From Tubiluchus corallicola (lineage: Eukaryota; Animalia; Priapulida), in contig JAQGDQ010002395.1 of assembly GCA_030141605.1 (NCBI GenBank), positions 1-64,000 on the forward strand: a DNA stretch of 64,000 nucleotides, read 5' to 3'. This document shows, in pieces, positions 62,935-64,000 of this stretch. Within the stretch, counting starts at the first letter, position 1. The number at the start of each line of letters is the position of its first letter. The translations under genes were made by a program, and so were the position numbers. The notes beneath the pieces are model-generated. The model saw nothing but the letters and a program-made list of their open reading frames with translations. It was not told the DNA's origin and searched no databases.

Positions 62935-64000
62935 ATGAGGTTGTGTTATAAGCGTGTATTGATTGTTGTGCAGTTTGTATTTACTGGATATGTATATGGG
63001 CAGAATGTCTCTTTTAACGGGCAGGTTGACGGATGGATAACATTGAAGCTGCACGATAGTTTTGGAGCGATGTCAGGTGCCAGGTATATACCTACTTTGG
63101 ATTTTGAGTATTCCGTTTCAAAAAGTAGCCTGATTGACGTAGAGGCTTCGGCGAATATTTTTGGAGCTACGGAGTATTTTGACTGTGACTTTAGCAGTAG
63201 TGGTGATATCAGGCCGTATCGGCTATGGTGCCGTTATAGTGGCGATAGACTGGAGGTGAGGGGAGGGCTTCAGAAGATAAATTTTGGACCTGGCATGATG
63301 CTACGCCCTCTTATGTGGTTTGATCAGATTGACCCGCGTGACCCTTTGCAGATTACTGATGGGGTGTATGGAGTGCTGGCGCGTTACTATTTTATGAATA
63401 GCGCCAATGTATGGTTGTGGGGATTATACGGCAATGGTTCTGTCAAGGGGTGGGAAGTGGTGCCTTCAAAACGCAATCGTCCTGAGGCAGGTGGTAGGAT
63501 ACAGGTTCCTGCCCTGTCTGGAGAGGTAGCTGTTTCGTATCACAATCGTGAGGTTGATTTTGAGAAGGTGGTGGGGGTGATTGGGCGTGGAGAGGGAAGA
63601 GTTGTTGAAAATAGGGTTGGATTGGACGGAAGGTGGGATATTGAGGGAGGGCCGGGTTTGTGGTTTGAGAGTGTTATCACAAATCAGAGTATGCCCTCCG
63701 GTTATTATCCCTGGCAGAGGCAGCTGTGTATTGGAGCTGATTACACCTTTAAGGTCGGGAATGGCCTCAATGTGGTACATGAGTTGTTGTGGGCAGATGT
63801 GTCAGGGCGGGCTTTTGGTGGTGGAGAGGGAGGATTGTTTTCCGCCCTTTTGTCAAGTTACCCGCTGGGATTGTCAGATAATATTGTGGCGATAATATAC
63901 TATGACTACTCGAATAGCGGCTGGTACCGGTTTATAAATTGGCAAAAGCAGTATGATAGCATTGGTTTGCATCTTGTACTTTACTGGAACCCCGAAAAAC
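62935..64000 (+). CDS. Secreted/outer-membrane hypothetical protein, 3' partial (absent from the ORF track)
   Basis: Open frame from ATG 62935 to the window end; signal peptide; RPYRLW...GLQKINFG...RPLMWFDQIDPRDPLQ; alternating beta-strand pattern. Confidence 0.8.
   Translation, partial: MRLCYKRVLIVVQFVFTGYVYGQNVSFNGQVDGWITLKLHDSFGAMSGARYIPTLDFEYSVSKSSLIDVEASANIFGATEYFDCDFSSSGDIRPYRLWCRYSGDRLEVRGGLQKINFGPGMMLRPLMWFDQIDPRDPLQITDGVYGVLARYYFMNSANVWLWGLYGNGSVKGWEVVPSKRNRPEAGGRIQVPALSGEVAVSYHNREVDFEKVVGVIGRGEGRVVENRVGLDGRWDIEGGPGLWFESVITNQSMPSGYYPWQRQLCIGADYTFKVGNGLNVVHELLWADVSGRAFGGGEGGLFSALLSSYPLGLSDNIVAIIYYDYSNSGWYRFINWQKQYDSIGLHLVLYWNPEK

Noticed and set aside
63466-63895. Short ORFs in the track near the window end
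   Set aside because: Overlap the long open plus-strand frame starting at 62935

Overview
Bacteroidota (Bacteroidales/Marinilabiliales-like) chromosomal window. (1) 1-10.8 kb is a tandem array of three modular surface lipoprotein genes: lipobox, Ig-like stalk repeats, a conserved linker and a GLUG-type C-terminal domain. The middle gene is a pseudogene. The genes are DNA-level mosaics of each other, and each is followed by a 90-bp MITE built from the two ends of the IS256-family element found full-length at 52.3 and 59.3 kb, plus other IS debris. (2) 10.8-17.5 kb is the early region of a Mu-like transposable prophage (repressor, Ner-like, transposase, MuB-like ATPase, DUF3164, GemA-like), cut off right at the third MITE. 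(3) 17.6-64 kb is mostly core genes (LysO pair, aconitase, miaA, pyrBI, dnaA, MlaD, amidase, LptD-like, cysteate synthase, aspS, tRNA-Asn, gltX, fprA, pyrG, yidC, ribH, recF, an octaheme-TPR cytochrome, floA/nfeD, clpS). It is interrupted by an intact IS4-superfamily element, a dead IS3 element, two IS256 copies, a decaying yigZ, and an unannotated orphan 3' fragment of the lipoprotein family (with its terminator) next to dnaA. The best candidate for a novel system is MITE-punctuated, recombination-driven domain shuffling of a surface lipoprotein family. All family assignments are from motif recognition by eye, without database searches.
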